Virus record (IMG/VR): IMGVR_UViG_3300034272_002779
DNA: 22,836 nucleotides
DNA from: an uncultured virus (IMG/VR IMGVR_UViG_3300034272_002779)
Taxonomy: Duplodnaviria; Heunggongvirae; Uroviricota; Caudoviricetes
Direction: 5' to 3' (one strand)
The notes under the pieces were generated by a model. That model saw only the letters and a program-made list of their open reading frames with translations. It searched no databases and was not told the origin of the DNA. Of the stretch, positions 1 to 8,779 are shown one piece after another. A program made the translations under genes and the position numbers. Each line of letters starts with the position of its first letter. Position 1 is the first letter of the stretch.

Positions 1-2
1 AT

Positions 3-836
3 ATACTGGATCCATACGTGGATTATTTTGTAATCAGAGAGTCCAATTTAGGTTTTGCTGGCAATCAGAAAAAATATTTCTTTGAAGAAAATAAACATCT
101 CTTTAAAGATTTTTTACATAAAATTATCTACCTGAAGGTTGACAATAACCCAGATGATTTTTATAATCTTCCCTATGTGATTAATCCTCAGAATGAGGAT
201 GAAATCTGTATGAATAAAATCTATGATTTTGTTAAGAATTCTAATAATTGGGAGAAACACGAAAAACATTGGGGCAGAGAATTTTTTCAAAGAGAATCCC
301 TCCATCGGGGTCTATTAAAATGCGAAGATGATGATTTAATACTCTTTGGAGATCTGGACGAAATACCAAACCCTGAAATCTTAGAGAAAGTAATAAAATC
401 ATACGAGTACGATAAAACTTATGTTTTTGAACAGAAAATGTATTACTATTATCTTAATCTCTTTAAGGAAGATCGGTGGAGAGGAACTATATTAACCTCA
501 TATCGGTTTTTAAAGGATAAACCTCTTAATGATCTAAGATTACAAGGGAGAAGTTCAATCTCCGGGGTTTATCCCTTCGATGTATTGGAAAATTCAGGAT
601 GGCACTTCAGTTATATGGGAGGGACAGATAGGGTAATATTTAAAATAGAATCCGGCGGACACCAGGAATTAAATACCACCCAAGTAAAAAGTAACGTTAG
701 GGATAATATAGAAAATAAGAAAGATATATTTTTTAGAGGCTGTACTATGCAGGAAGTAGAAATAGACCAAACATATCCAGCATGGCTTTTGGCGAATATT
801 CATAGATTTCCGCAATTACTAAATAACCAGGTATGA
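3..836 (+). CDS. Glycosyltransferase family 17-like protein (MGAT3/GnT-III-like), 5' truncated
   Basis: The frame is open from position 3 (ILDPYVDYFVIRESN), which matches the GT17 N-terminal pattern, so GTG at 18 is probably not the true start. GT17-type motifs: REFFQRE, LILFGDLDEIP (DxD), YYYYLN, GWHFSYMGG. Confidence 0.85.
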   Translation: MLDPYVDYFVIRESNLGFAGNQKKYFFEENKHLFKDFLHKIIYLKVDNNPDDFYNLPYVINPQNEDEICMNKIYDFVKNSNNWEKHEKHWGREFFQRESLHRGLLKCEDDDLILFGDLDEIPNPEILEKVIKSYEYDKTYVFEQKMYYYYLNLFKEDRWRGTILTSYRFLKDKPLNDLRLQGRSSISGVYPFDVLENSGWHFSYMGGTDRVIFKIESGGHQELNTTQVKSNVRDNIENKKDIFFRGCTMQEVEIDQTYPAWLLANIHRFPQLLNNQV

Positions 837-1780
837 TAATAAGTTCTTGTCCTCTAAGGATTTCTTTAGTTGGTGGATCTACCGATCATCCACACTTTTT
901 AAAAAAATATAAAAGCGGGTCAGTTATAAGTTTTGCTTCCAGTTTAAAAGCATATACTATAGTACATAGGGATGTTATAGGTTATAACTCTTTATATAAC
1001 AAATATATTATTAATTATTCTGATAAGGAGTGTGTTAATAAAATATCAGACATTAAAAATGAGTTAGTTAGACACTGCTTCGAAGAGATGAATGTAAACG
1101 AGATTAATTGCTATCTCACTTCCGATGTTTTTTCCACAGGATCTGGACTGGCATCTTCCTCGTCTTATCTTATGTCCTTAATAAAATCTATATCGCATCT
1201 ACAGGGTAATGATTTGGATACGCATAGTATTTGTCAGCTGGCAAAAAAAATAGAAAAAAAATTTAACCCATTAGTAGGTGAACAGGATTTCTATGGAGGA
1301 TCATTAGGTAATTTAAAGCTTATTAATTTTTACGACGAAAAGCTTCCTCAAGTAGAAGAATTAAATGATGAGATATTTTCTTATTTTGATACCTATCTGT
1401 ACTACACTAACGTAAACAGGGAGTCGACCAATATATTAAAAACTATAGATATAGATAAAAGTTTACCCCTTTTGGAAGAGGTAAACAACCTAAATATAGC
1501 AATTAAAAATATCGACTTGGAACTCTTTTCTAAGACAATTAACAAATCCTGGGAGATTAAGAAAAAATTATCCCCTTTTATTTGTAAAGGAGATCTCGAA
1601 TCAATTGATATGGATATAATCTCTGACGAAAGAGTTTTAGCCCATAAATTATGCGGAGCTGGAGGGGGTGGATATTTTATAATGTTTACCGAAAAAAATC
1701 CTGTAAATATGGAAAGAGACTATCCAGGAATTAAAAAAATCAGCATATCAAAAGAAGGGATAGAATGCAAAGAAATATAG
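833..1780 (+). CDS. GHMP-family sugar kinase, HddA-like (D-glycero-D-manno-heptose-7-phosphate kinase-like)
   Basis: N-terminal PLRISLVGGSTD, GHMP ATP-binding loop GSGLASSSS, GEQD, and C-terminal KLCGAGGGG. ATGA overlap with the upstream gene. Confidence 0.85.
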   Translation: MIISSCPLRISLVGGSTDHPHFLKKYKSGSVISFASSLKAYTIVHRDVIGYNSLYNKYIINYSDKECVNKISDIKNELVRHCFEEMNVNEINCYLTSDVFSTGSGLASSSSYLMSLIKSISHLQGNDLDTHSICQLAKKIEKKFNPLVGEQDFYGGSLGNLKLINFYDEKLPQVEELNDEIFSYFDTYLYYTNVNRESTNILKTIDIDKSLPLLEEVNNLNIAIKNIDLELFSKTINKSWEIKKKLSPFICKGDLESIDMDIISDERVLAHKLCGAGGGGYFIMFTEKNPVNMERDYPGIKKISISKEGIECKEI

Positions 1781-1835
1781 ATAATATAGTGTTATCCAAC
1801 CAGATTTAAACTAATTAAGATCTAAATTCTTCGAT

Positions 1836-2516
1836 ATGATATACTGTTTCGATCTTGATAATACACTTTGCAAAACAATTGATAAGGACTATTCTGCATC
1901 AACCCCGATACAGGAAATGATCGACCGGGTAAATTATCTGTATGATAACGATCATGAAATTGTAATATTTACCGCTAGAGGAATGGGTAAATTTAAGGGC
2001 AATGTAGATAAAGTTTACGAAACTTACTATGAATTGACAGAATCACAAATTAAAAGGTGGGGTATTAGGTACACTAAACTGATACTAGGTAAACCTTCAT
2101 TTGACTTTTTTATAGATGATAAGAATGAAAAAATAGAAGAGTTTAAATCTAAGGTTAATCCAAAAATGGGATTTATTAGTGGATCATTTAATAGCATGAA
2201 TCCCAGATATATCGATATTCTCGAATTAGCCAAATCTAAATGTGATTACCTAGTTATAGGGTTAAGAGAGAATACAAACCCATTAGAAATTTCTAAAATA
2301 GATGACACGTTAAACGTTTATGATCGGGTAAAAATATTAAAATCCCTTCGATGTGTAGATGATGTTATCGTATATAAAAACAAGGTAGATCTTCTTAAAA
2401 TATTAAAAAATAGAAATTTTGAAGTAAGATTCTTTAGTGATGATCTTATAACAAAAGAAATCACAGAGAATGAATTACAAATACCATTAATTTATATTAA
2501 TCCAAATTTTGGATAA
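1836..2516 (+). CDS. HAD-family phosphatase (capsule-biosynthesis type) fused to a degenerate cytidylyltransferase-like domain
   Basis: HAD motifs: FDLDNTL, FTARGM, GKP..DFFIDDK. The C-terminal GFISGSFNSMNPRYIDIL..KCDYLVIGL..RVKILKSLRCVDDV follows the TagD/RfaE-type nucleotidyltransferase pattern, but HxGH is replaced by NPRY. Confidence 0.8.
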   Translation: MIYCFDLDNTLCKTIDKDYSASTPIQEMIDRVNYLYDNDHEIVIFTARGMGKFKGNVDKVYETYYELTESQIKRWGIRYTKLILGKPSFDFFIDDKNEKIEEFKSKVNPKMGFISGSFNSMNPRYIDILELAKSKCDYLVIGLRENTNPLEISKIDDTLNVYDRVKILKSLRCVDDVIVYKNKVDLLKILKNRNFEVRFFSDDLITKEITENELQIPLIYINPNFG

Positions 2517-2545
2517 TCTTTATGTCGAATTTAAAATTTTAAAAA

Positions 2546-3433
2546 ATGAAAGTTATTGTAACAGGAGGATGTGGATTCATAGGTAGTCATTTAGTAGATG
2601 AGCTTGTTAAAAAAAACTACGAAGTACATGTGATTGACGACCTATCTGCTGTTTCTAACGAAAAATTTTATTTTAATCCAAAAGCTAATTACTACAAGAT
2701 TTCTATTATAGAAAAAGAGAAAATAGGAAAGGTGTTTGAGGGAGCAAAGTATGTTTTTCATCTAGCAGCAGAATCTCGCATACAAACAGCTATAGAAAAT
2801 CCAGAATATGCTTATAGAATTAATGTTCTAGGTACATTGTGTGTTTTAGAATTATGCAAGGAATATAAAATAGAAAGGATAGTATTATCATCAACATCCT
2901 CTGTTTATGGGATGACTGAACGTCTCCCTATAAAGGAAGATGATAATCTAGATTGCTTAAATCCTTACTCATTATCCAAATATTTCTCAGAGCAGCTATG
3001 TAAGCAGTATTCTGAATACTTTGATGTTGCTATATTAAGATATTTCAATGTCTTTGGAGATAGAAGCCCGGTAAAGGGCCAATATGCTCCAGTTATTGGA
3101 ATATTTTTAGATCAGTATCTTAATAATAAGCCATTAACTATAGTAGGAGACGGAGAACAGAGAAGAGATTTTATTCACGTTTCTGAGGTAGTTTCTGCTA
3201 ATATAAAATCGGCGGAGTCCACTAAAAAATTTAAAGGTGAGATCTTTAATGTAGGATCTGGCGTTAATTATTCGATAAAAGAAATAGCTTCATTTATAAG
3301 TAAAGAAACTGTACATATACCGCAAAGACCCGGCGAAGCTAGAAACACCTTAGCAAACGTAGAAAAAATTAAAGAGACCCTGGAATTTATTCCTTTGGAT
3401 TCGCTAATGTCCTATATAGAAAGTAAAAAATAG
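2546..3433 (+). CDS. NAD-dependent nucleotide-sugar epimerase/dehydratase (extended SDR)
   Basis: TGGCGFIGSH Rossmann motif, FHLAA, SSTSSVYG, YSLSK (YxxxK), LRYFNVFG, GDGEQRRDFIHV. Confidence 0.92.
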   Translation: MKVIVTGGCGFIGSHLVDELVKKNYEVHVIDDLSAVSNEKFYFNPKANYYKISIIEKEKIGKVFEGAKYVFHLAAESRIQTAIENPEYAYRINVLGTLCVLELCKEYKIERIVLSSTSSVYGMTERLPIKEDDNLDCLNPYSLSKYFSEQLCKQYSEYFDVAILRYFNVFGDRSPVKGQYAPVIGIFLDQYLNNKPLTIVGDGEQRRDFIHVSEVVSANIKSAESTKKFKGEIFNVGSGVNYSIKEIASFISKETVHIPQRPGEARNTLANVEKIKETLEFIPLDSLMSYIESKK

Positions 3434-3437
3434 ATCT

Positions 3438-4487
3438 ATGATAACAATAATTGCAGCTTCAACATACAACAGGCCAGACTTCATTCCACTTCAATATGAA
3501 AGTATAAAAAAACACGTTAAATGCCCGTTTAAATATATTGTGGTTAATAATGCAAAGTTCTCTTTCATTGATGGAGGTAAACAAAGCGAAATACTATATG
3601 ATCAAATAAAGGATACCTGCAAAGAATTAGGTATAGATTCATACGACATAGAAATCTGCGAAAGAACCTTAAGTAAAGCCCAATCGGGATCAATAGTGAA
3701 TGGTAAATATACTTCAGACCCTTACGCATGCAATTATTCGATACAATGGACTTTTGAAAATATAATCTCTAATACGGACGGGAAATATTTAATAATAGAT
3801 TCTGATTTTTTCTTTATCGATGATGTAGATTTTGATGATATTATGGATAATCATGAATGTGGGTACATACCACAATACAGGGGACATAGAAAAGATGCGG
3901 AGATGGTAGAAGCGTCGGTAAAATATATGTGGAATATGTTTTGCGCATTCGATACTAGTAAAAACATAAAGCTAAAAGAAATAAATTGGCATATGACTCA
4001 TATAAAAGGTATAGCTTGTGATGTAGGAGCTCAGACTCATTTTTTTATCGAAGAAAATAAAGATATGAACCAATTATTTTTTGAGGAGCATTCAATATAT
4101 GAATTTAAAAGGATCGAAGATAACAAGATATTTATACACTATTGTTTAAATGCTAATTCTAATTACCATATAATTTTAGATAACTCTTATCGATTATTAG
4201 ATTTTAAGTGTTTAGAAAGATACTGCGAAAACAAAACATTTGAGTATGAAATCGATAGGGAAAATTATCAAGAATACATAATAGAAGTCTTAAAAACCAT
4301 AATCCATAAGATAGAAAAACATATTGATCTATTCCCATCTCCTTTAAGACTTGGCTTTGTTAAAAAATTTGACGATTTATCTTTTTTTGGGGTTCATTAT
4401 AGATCTGGGGCTAATTACCTTGATTATTCTACCGATCAATACAATTATAAAAAAACTTACGCTTTAGAAAAAATATTACAATTATGA
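3438..4487 (+). CDS. Putative GT-A fold glycosyltransferase
   Basis: GT2-like start (TYNRPDFIPLQ..YIVVNN), a DxD motif in LIIDSDFFFID, CDVG and HYRSG later, and location within a glycan cluster. Confidence 0.6.
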   Translation: MITIIAASTYNRPDFIPLQYESIKKHVKCPFKYIVVNNAKFSFIDGGKQSEILYDQIKDTCKELGIDSYDIEICERTLSKAQSGSIVNGKYTSDPYACNYSIQWTFENIISNTDGKYLIIDSDFFFIDDVDFDDIMDNHECGYIPQYRGHRKDAEMVEASVKYMWNMFCAFDTSKNIKLKEINWHMTHIKGIACDVGAQTHFFIEENKDMNQLFFEEHSIYEFKRIEDNKIFIHYCLNANSNYHIILDNSYRLLDFKCLERYCENKTFEYEIDRENYQEYIIEVLKTIIHKIEKHIDLFPSPLRLGFVKKFDDLSFFGVHYRSGANYLDYSTDQYNYKKTYALEKILQL

Positions 4488-5128
4488 ATTATTTTTTAGA
4501 CTTAGGAACACATTTCTTCAACAAGGAAGAACCAGAAAATATAGGAAGAGGAGAAAATGGGTTACTGTATAATTTTTACGAGAACGGGTATTTCAATGAT
4601 GGTGAATGGACCGTTTTTACCTATGAACCATCAGTCAGTATATACAATTCAAATTTAAAATACATAGATAACATAAGTGAAAAATTTGAAAGATTCGAGG
4701 TTTTTAATTTAGCAGTTACAGACTATACTGGATTTATTATTTTTAATATGCACAATGGTAACCCGGCTGGATCGAATTGTATTTCCGATAACATATTTAT
4801 GAAAGATTATGCGGACGAGAAGAGAAGGGATGATGTAGATAGTTATAAAGTAAATTGCATAGACATACTAGAGATTATCAACGATATAGTTAAAAAGGAC
4901 GAAAATGCAAGCATCCATATAAAATGCGATATAGAGGGATCTGAATTTACAGTTCTCCCCCGCCTTCTAGAATTTGAAAATTTAGAAAAATACTTAAAGG
5001 ATATTTACGTAGAATGGCATGAAAGATTCTGGGAGCTTTTACCTAACTATCCGAGTATTCTAGAAGATAAAAGAAGTATAATCGATGGATTTCAAAAAAT
5101 TAACATATCAATAAAAAATCACGGATAA
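4484..5128 (+). CDS. FkbM-family SAM-dependent methyltransferase
   Basis: FLDLGTH (motif I), TYEP, NLAV, IKCDIEGSEF, YVEWH. Confidence 0.85.
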   Translation: MNYFLDLGTHFFNKEEPENIGRGENGLLYNFYENGYFNDGEWTVFTYEPSVSIYNSNLKYIDNISEKFERFEVFNLAVTDYTGFIIFNMHNGNPAGSNCISDNIFMKDYADEKRRDDVDSYKVNCIDILEIINDIVKKDENASIHIKCDIEGSEFTVLPRLLEFENLEKYLKDIYVEWHERFWELLPNYPSILEDKRSIIDGFQKINISIKNHG

Positions 5129-5173
5129 ATTTTTACAACGGGGGTTTAAAAAATAAAAATACATTAGAACAGA

Positions 5174-5917
5174 ATGAGAGAATTAGCTCCTGTAATATTA
5201 GCAACGACTATATACGAGAAAAGCTTTAGAAATGTTCTAAATGAATGTCATTGGTTTTTTAAGGTAAAATCATCTAAATTTCATAAGAAAATAGTAATCA
5301 TAAATAATATAAACAACGAGTCTAGGAGTGAATTAACCACCCTGATAGAGGGTCTTTCGGATAAAGCTTATTTTGTAGACCATCTTGAAGTTAAAAAAGA
5401 ATCGTTAGAAAGGTTTAATTGTGATTTAAAGGAAGATGATCCATCATATTGGTATTCCATCCAGTATTTTTGCCAGATGCTAATAACCGAAAATCTGGGA
5501 TTCGACTATATTCTTAATGTTGGTGCAGATTGTAAGATTCAAGATTATGATATTGACGATTTTATAGATGATTCTATAAAAATATTAGACAACAAAGACC
5601 GCGTTCTTCTGACCACGATTCCTTGGGATTATGGAAACAATGGGGATTTTACAGAAACCGGTATGCATGAGCAGAATATCTACGACATACAGGATAGGGA
5701 TGAACTATTTTGGTTTTCTAAAGTCGTAAGCGATCAGGTATTTATGGCAAAACCTAAAAAGTTACTAGGTGGTATATTTAACATAAAGGAAACACTGCAT
5801 TCCTTCCCTGGATACGGAGGAGACTCATTCGAGAAAAGATTATGCAATCATTTAATAAAAAACGACTATCTTAGAGCTATTTATAAGAAGCATTATTACA
5901 TACATAATTCATATTAA
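5174..5917 (+). CDS. Hypothetical protein, possibly a divergent GT-A glycosyltransferase
   Basis: IVIINN and FDYILNVGADC occur at GT-A-like positions (DxD degenerate), SDQ and FEKR follow, and the gene lies in the glycan cluster. Confidence 0.4.
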   Translation: MRELAPVILATTIYEKSFRNVLNECHWFFKVKSSKFHKKIVIINNINNESRSELTTLIEGLSDKAYFVDHLEVKKESLERFNCDLKEDDPSYWYSIQYFCQMLITENLGFDYILNVGADCKIQDYDIDDFIDDSIKILDNKDRVLLTTIPWDYGNNGDFTETGMHEQNIYDIQDRDELFWFSKVVSDQVFMAKPKKLLGGIFNIKETLHSFPGYGGDSFEKRLCNHLIKNDYLRAIYKKHYYIHNSY

Positions 5918-5920
5918 ACA

Positions 5921-6781
5921 ATGGAAAGTATAAGGATAGCTTTCTCAGATTTTTGGGCTGGATTTGATTATGATCCTACCGGGAAAGAAGAATACGACAA
6001 TACGATATACAGAATATTATCGGTTCATTATCATATTATCATAGATAACGAAAATCCAGATTTTTTGTTTTTTAGCGTATTCGGTGGATCACATCAGCAA
6101 TTCCAAAATTGCAAAAAGATATTTTATACTGGAGAAAATAGAAGACCCGATTTTAGTCTATGCGATTACGCAATAACATTCGACTATTTAAATGATCCCA
6201 GACACCACAGATTTCCATTATCCGCTTTAGCACTCCTAGAAAAGGGAATTGAAGAATTTCCAAGAAATCAAGATCTTGAACTAATTAAAAGAAAAAAATC
6301 AAAGTTCTGCAATTTTGTTTTTTCTAATCCTAGAGGGGAAGCAAGAAATATTCTTTTCCACGAGCTATCACAATATAAAAGAGTTGATGCAGGGGGTATG
6401 GTTTTTAATAATATAGGTGGAACTGTATCGGATAAACTTCAATTCATAGATCAATATAAATTTACTATTGCTTTCGAGAATAGCGAACATGAGGGATACA
6501 CTACGGAGAAATTAGTCCATCCCAAATTAGTCGACAGTATACCCATTTACTGGGGGAATCCTCTTGTATCGCTGGATTGGAATACGGAGTCTTTTGTTAA
6601 TTACTATGATCATATGAGCATAAGAAAGATGATCGAATACATAAAAGAAATAGACAATAACGAATCCTTGTATTTAGAAATATTGGGTAAATCTCATTAT
6701 AACCATAGTACTATACCGCGAGATCATGATGTGGATAATCTTCTAATTTTTCTGAAAAATGTGCTAAATAGTGAAATTTAA
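5921..6781 (+). CDS. Glycosyltransferase family 10, alpha-1,3/4-fucosyltransferase
   Basis: NPDFLFFSVFG, IFYTGEN..PDF, FCNFVFSN, and the diagnostic motif YKFTIAFENS..GYTTEKL..IPIYWG. Directly upstream of fcl-gmd. Confidence 0.93.
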   Translation: MESIRIAFSDFWAGFDYDPTGKEEYDNTIYRILSVHYHIIIDNENPDFLFFSVFGGSHQQFQNCKKIFYTGENRRPDFSLCDYAITFDYLNDPRHHRFPLSALALLEKGIEEFPRNQDLELIKRKKSKFCNFVFSNPRGEARNILFHELSQYKRVDAGGMVFNNIGGTVSDKLQFIDQYKFTIAFENSEHEGYTTEKLVHPKLVDSIPIYWGNPLVSLDWNTESFVNYYDHMSIRKMIEYIKEIDNNESLYLEILGKSHYNHSTIPRDHDVDNLLIFLKNVLNSEI

Positions 6782-6805
6782 CAATAGCATATCCATATAA
6801 TTTAT

Positions 6806-7711
6806 ATGGGAAAAATTATAGTAACGGGAGGACGAGGTCTGGTTGGCCGATGCTTCGATTCGGATAGATTCTTTAAATCAACTTCAACAAATTTCACGGA
6901 TAAAGATTCGGTTAAGAATTATTTACAATCATCTAAAGCTGAGGGTATAATTCACACTGCAGCAAAAGTCGGAGGGGTCAAAGGAAATATGTCATTTCCA
7001 GCCGATTTTACTTATCAGAATTTAATGATGAACACCATCTTAATAGAGGAGGCAAGATTAGCTGGTATAAGAAAACTCGTTTCTTTCGCATCTACGTGCG
7101 TATTCCCCGATAAGGCAGAATATCCACTAACTCCGGAGCAAATCCATTTAGGACCACCTCACCAGTCTAATTACGGTTATGCCTATGCTAAAAGAATGGC
7201 TGATGTCCAAATACAGGCTTATAGAGAACAGTATGGTGTTAATTATTTTTCGGTAATTCCTTGTAATATCTACGGACCTGGTGATAATTACGATCTTGAG
7301 AATGGTCATGTTATTCCTGCTTTAATTCATAAGTTTCATCTGGCTAAGGAAAGAAACGAAGATGTTACTATATGGGGATCAGGTAAGCCTCTAAGAGAAT
7401 TCATTTTTTCTAAGGACGTAGCAAAATTAGTAGAGCTTCTTTATGATAACTACGATTCTGGTGTACCAGTTATTTTATCGACAGGAGAGGAGGTATCAAT
7501 AGGAGATATGGTTTCTATGATAGCAGAAATATTCGAATTTAAAGGAAAGATTATCTTCGATAAAGATAAACCGGAGGGGCAATTTAGGAAACCAAGCGAC
7601 AATTCAACCATAAAAGAAATGTTCCCTGATTTTAAATTTACACCTGTAAAAGAGGGATTAAGAGAATCTATAGAATGGTTCATTAGTAATTATCCAAACG
7701 TAAGGAAATAA
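6806..7711 (+). CDS. fcl: GDP-L-fucose synthase (GDP-4-keto-6-deoxymannose epimerase/reductase)
   Basis: TGGRGLVG, AAKVGG, STCVFP (catalytic Cys), YAYAK, PCNIYGPGDNY, HVIPALI, WGSGKPLREF. Confidence 0.95.
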   Translation: MGKIIVTGGRGLVGRCFDSDRFFKSTSTNFTDKDSVKNYLQSSKAEGIIHTAAKVGGVKGNMSFPADFTYQNLMMNTILIEEARLAGIRKLVSFASTCVFPDKAEYPLTPEQIHLGPPHQSNYGYAYAKRMADVQIQAYREQYGVNYFSVIPCNIYGPGDNYDLENGHVIPALIHKFHLAKERNEDVTIWGSGKPLREFIFSKDVAKLVELLYDNYDSGVPVILSTGEEVSIGDMVSMIAEIFEFKGKIIFDKDKPEGQFRKPSDNSTIKEMFPDFKFTPVKEGLRESIEWFISNYPNVRK

Positions 7712-8697
7712 TGGAAAATAAAAAAAGAGCTCTAATAACTGGAATAAACGGACAAGACGGAAGCTATCTTGCTGAATTCCTTTTGGGTAAAGGTTACGAG
7801 GTATTTGGAACCATTAAAAGAAACTCTGTATCTGAAAATCAAACCTCACGATTGGATTCAGTTTATGGTCAAATAAAGAACAACCTGATTTACGCAGATT
7901 TAACAGACGTGCCTTCATTGCTTCACGCTTTAAAGGTTTCTGATCCTGATGAGATCTATAATCTTGCCGCACAATCACACGTTAGGATTTCTTTCGATCA
8001 ACCAGTTTACACCGCAAATGTTACCGGAATGGGTACATTGAATATGCTAGAAGCTATCCGTATTCATAACCCAAAGATAAGATTATATCAGGCATCTTCT
8101 TCCGAAATGTTTGGTAATAGTATAGACGATGATGGATATCAAAGAGAGACAACTCCGATGAATCCAGTATCCCCCTATGGATGTGCTAAGGTATTTTCTT
8201 ACAATATAGTTAGAAACTACAGAAATTCATACAATTTATATGCTTCAAATGGTATTCTTTTCAATCACGAATCACCTAGAAGAGGAACTAATTTTGTCAC
8301 AAATAAGGTAGTAAAGGCAGCGGTAGAGATCAAACTCGGATTAGCTAAGCAATTAGCATTAGGTAATCTAGATGCAACTAGGGATTGGGGTCACGCGAAA
8401 GATTATGTGGAGGCTATGTGGATGATTCTACAACAACCAAACTCTGGAGACTTTGTGTGTTCTACCGGAATATCACATTCAGTTAAGGATTTGGTAGAAT
8501 ACGTATTTGGTAGATTAGACCTCGATTGGAGAGAATACGTAACTGTTGACGAGAAATACCTAAGACCAGAAGAACTTCACGATCTTAAGGGTGATTCTAG
8601 TAGATTAAGGGATCTGACTGGATGGAATCCTAAATACACTTTTGAAACGATGCTCGATGAGATGATAGATTTCTGGTTGGACCATTATAAGCCATAA
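7711..8697 (+). CDS. gmd: GDP-mannose 4,6-dehydratase
   Basis: ALITGINGQDGSYLAE, YNLAAQSHV, YQASSSE, SPYGCAK, GILFNHESPRRG, LGNLDATRDWGHA. Confidence 0.97.
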   Translation: MENKKRALITGINGQDGSYLAEFLLGKGYEVFGTIKRNSVSENQTSRLDSVYGQIKNNLIYADLTDVPSLLHALKVSDPDEIYNLAAQSHVRISFDQPVYTANVTGMGTLNMLEAIRIHNPKIRLYQASSSEMFGNSIDDDGYQRETTPMNPVSPYGCAKVFSYNIVRNYRNSYNLYASNGILFNHESPRRGTNFVTNKVVKAAVEIKLGLAKQLALGNLDATRDWGHAKDYVEAMWMILQQPNSGDFVCSTGISHSVKDLVEYVFGRLDLDWREYVTVDEKYLRPEELHDLKGDSSRLRDLTGWNPKYTFETMLDEMIDFWLDHYKP

Positions 8698-8719
8698 TTA
8701 ACAACAAACAACCAAAGAG

Positions 8720-8750
8720 AAACTGTAGCCTTTAGATTACAGTTTTTTTT
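8720..8750 (+). terminator. Rho-independent terminator ending the glycan cluster
   Basis: AAACTGTAG (8720-8728) pairs with TTACAGTTT (8737-8745, one G-U) and runs into a T8 tract (8743-8750), 22 nt after the gmd stop. Confidence 0.75.
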
Positions 8751-8751
8751 G

Positions 8752-8761
8752 TGATATATAG
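8752..8761 (+). promoter_or_regulatory. Putative phage late promoter TGATATATAG
   Basis: The ATATATAG core ends 18 nt before ATG 8780, directly after a terminator. The same core recurs at 18591 and 20338 with similar spacing. Confidence 0.55.
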
Positions 8762-8779
8762 AAGAAAAATCTTAAAAAA

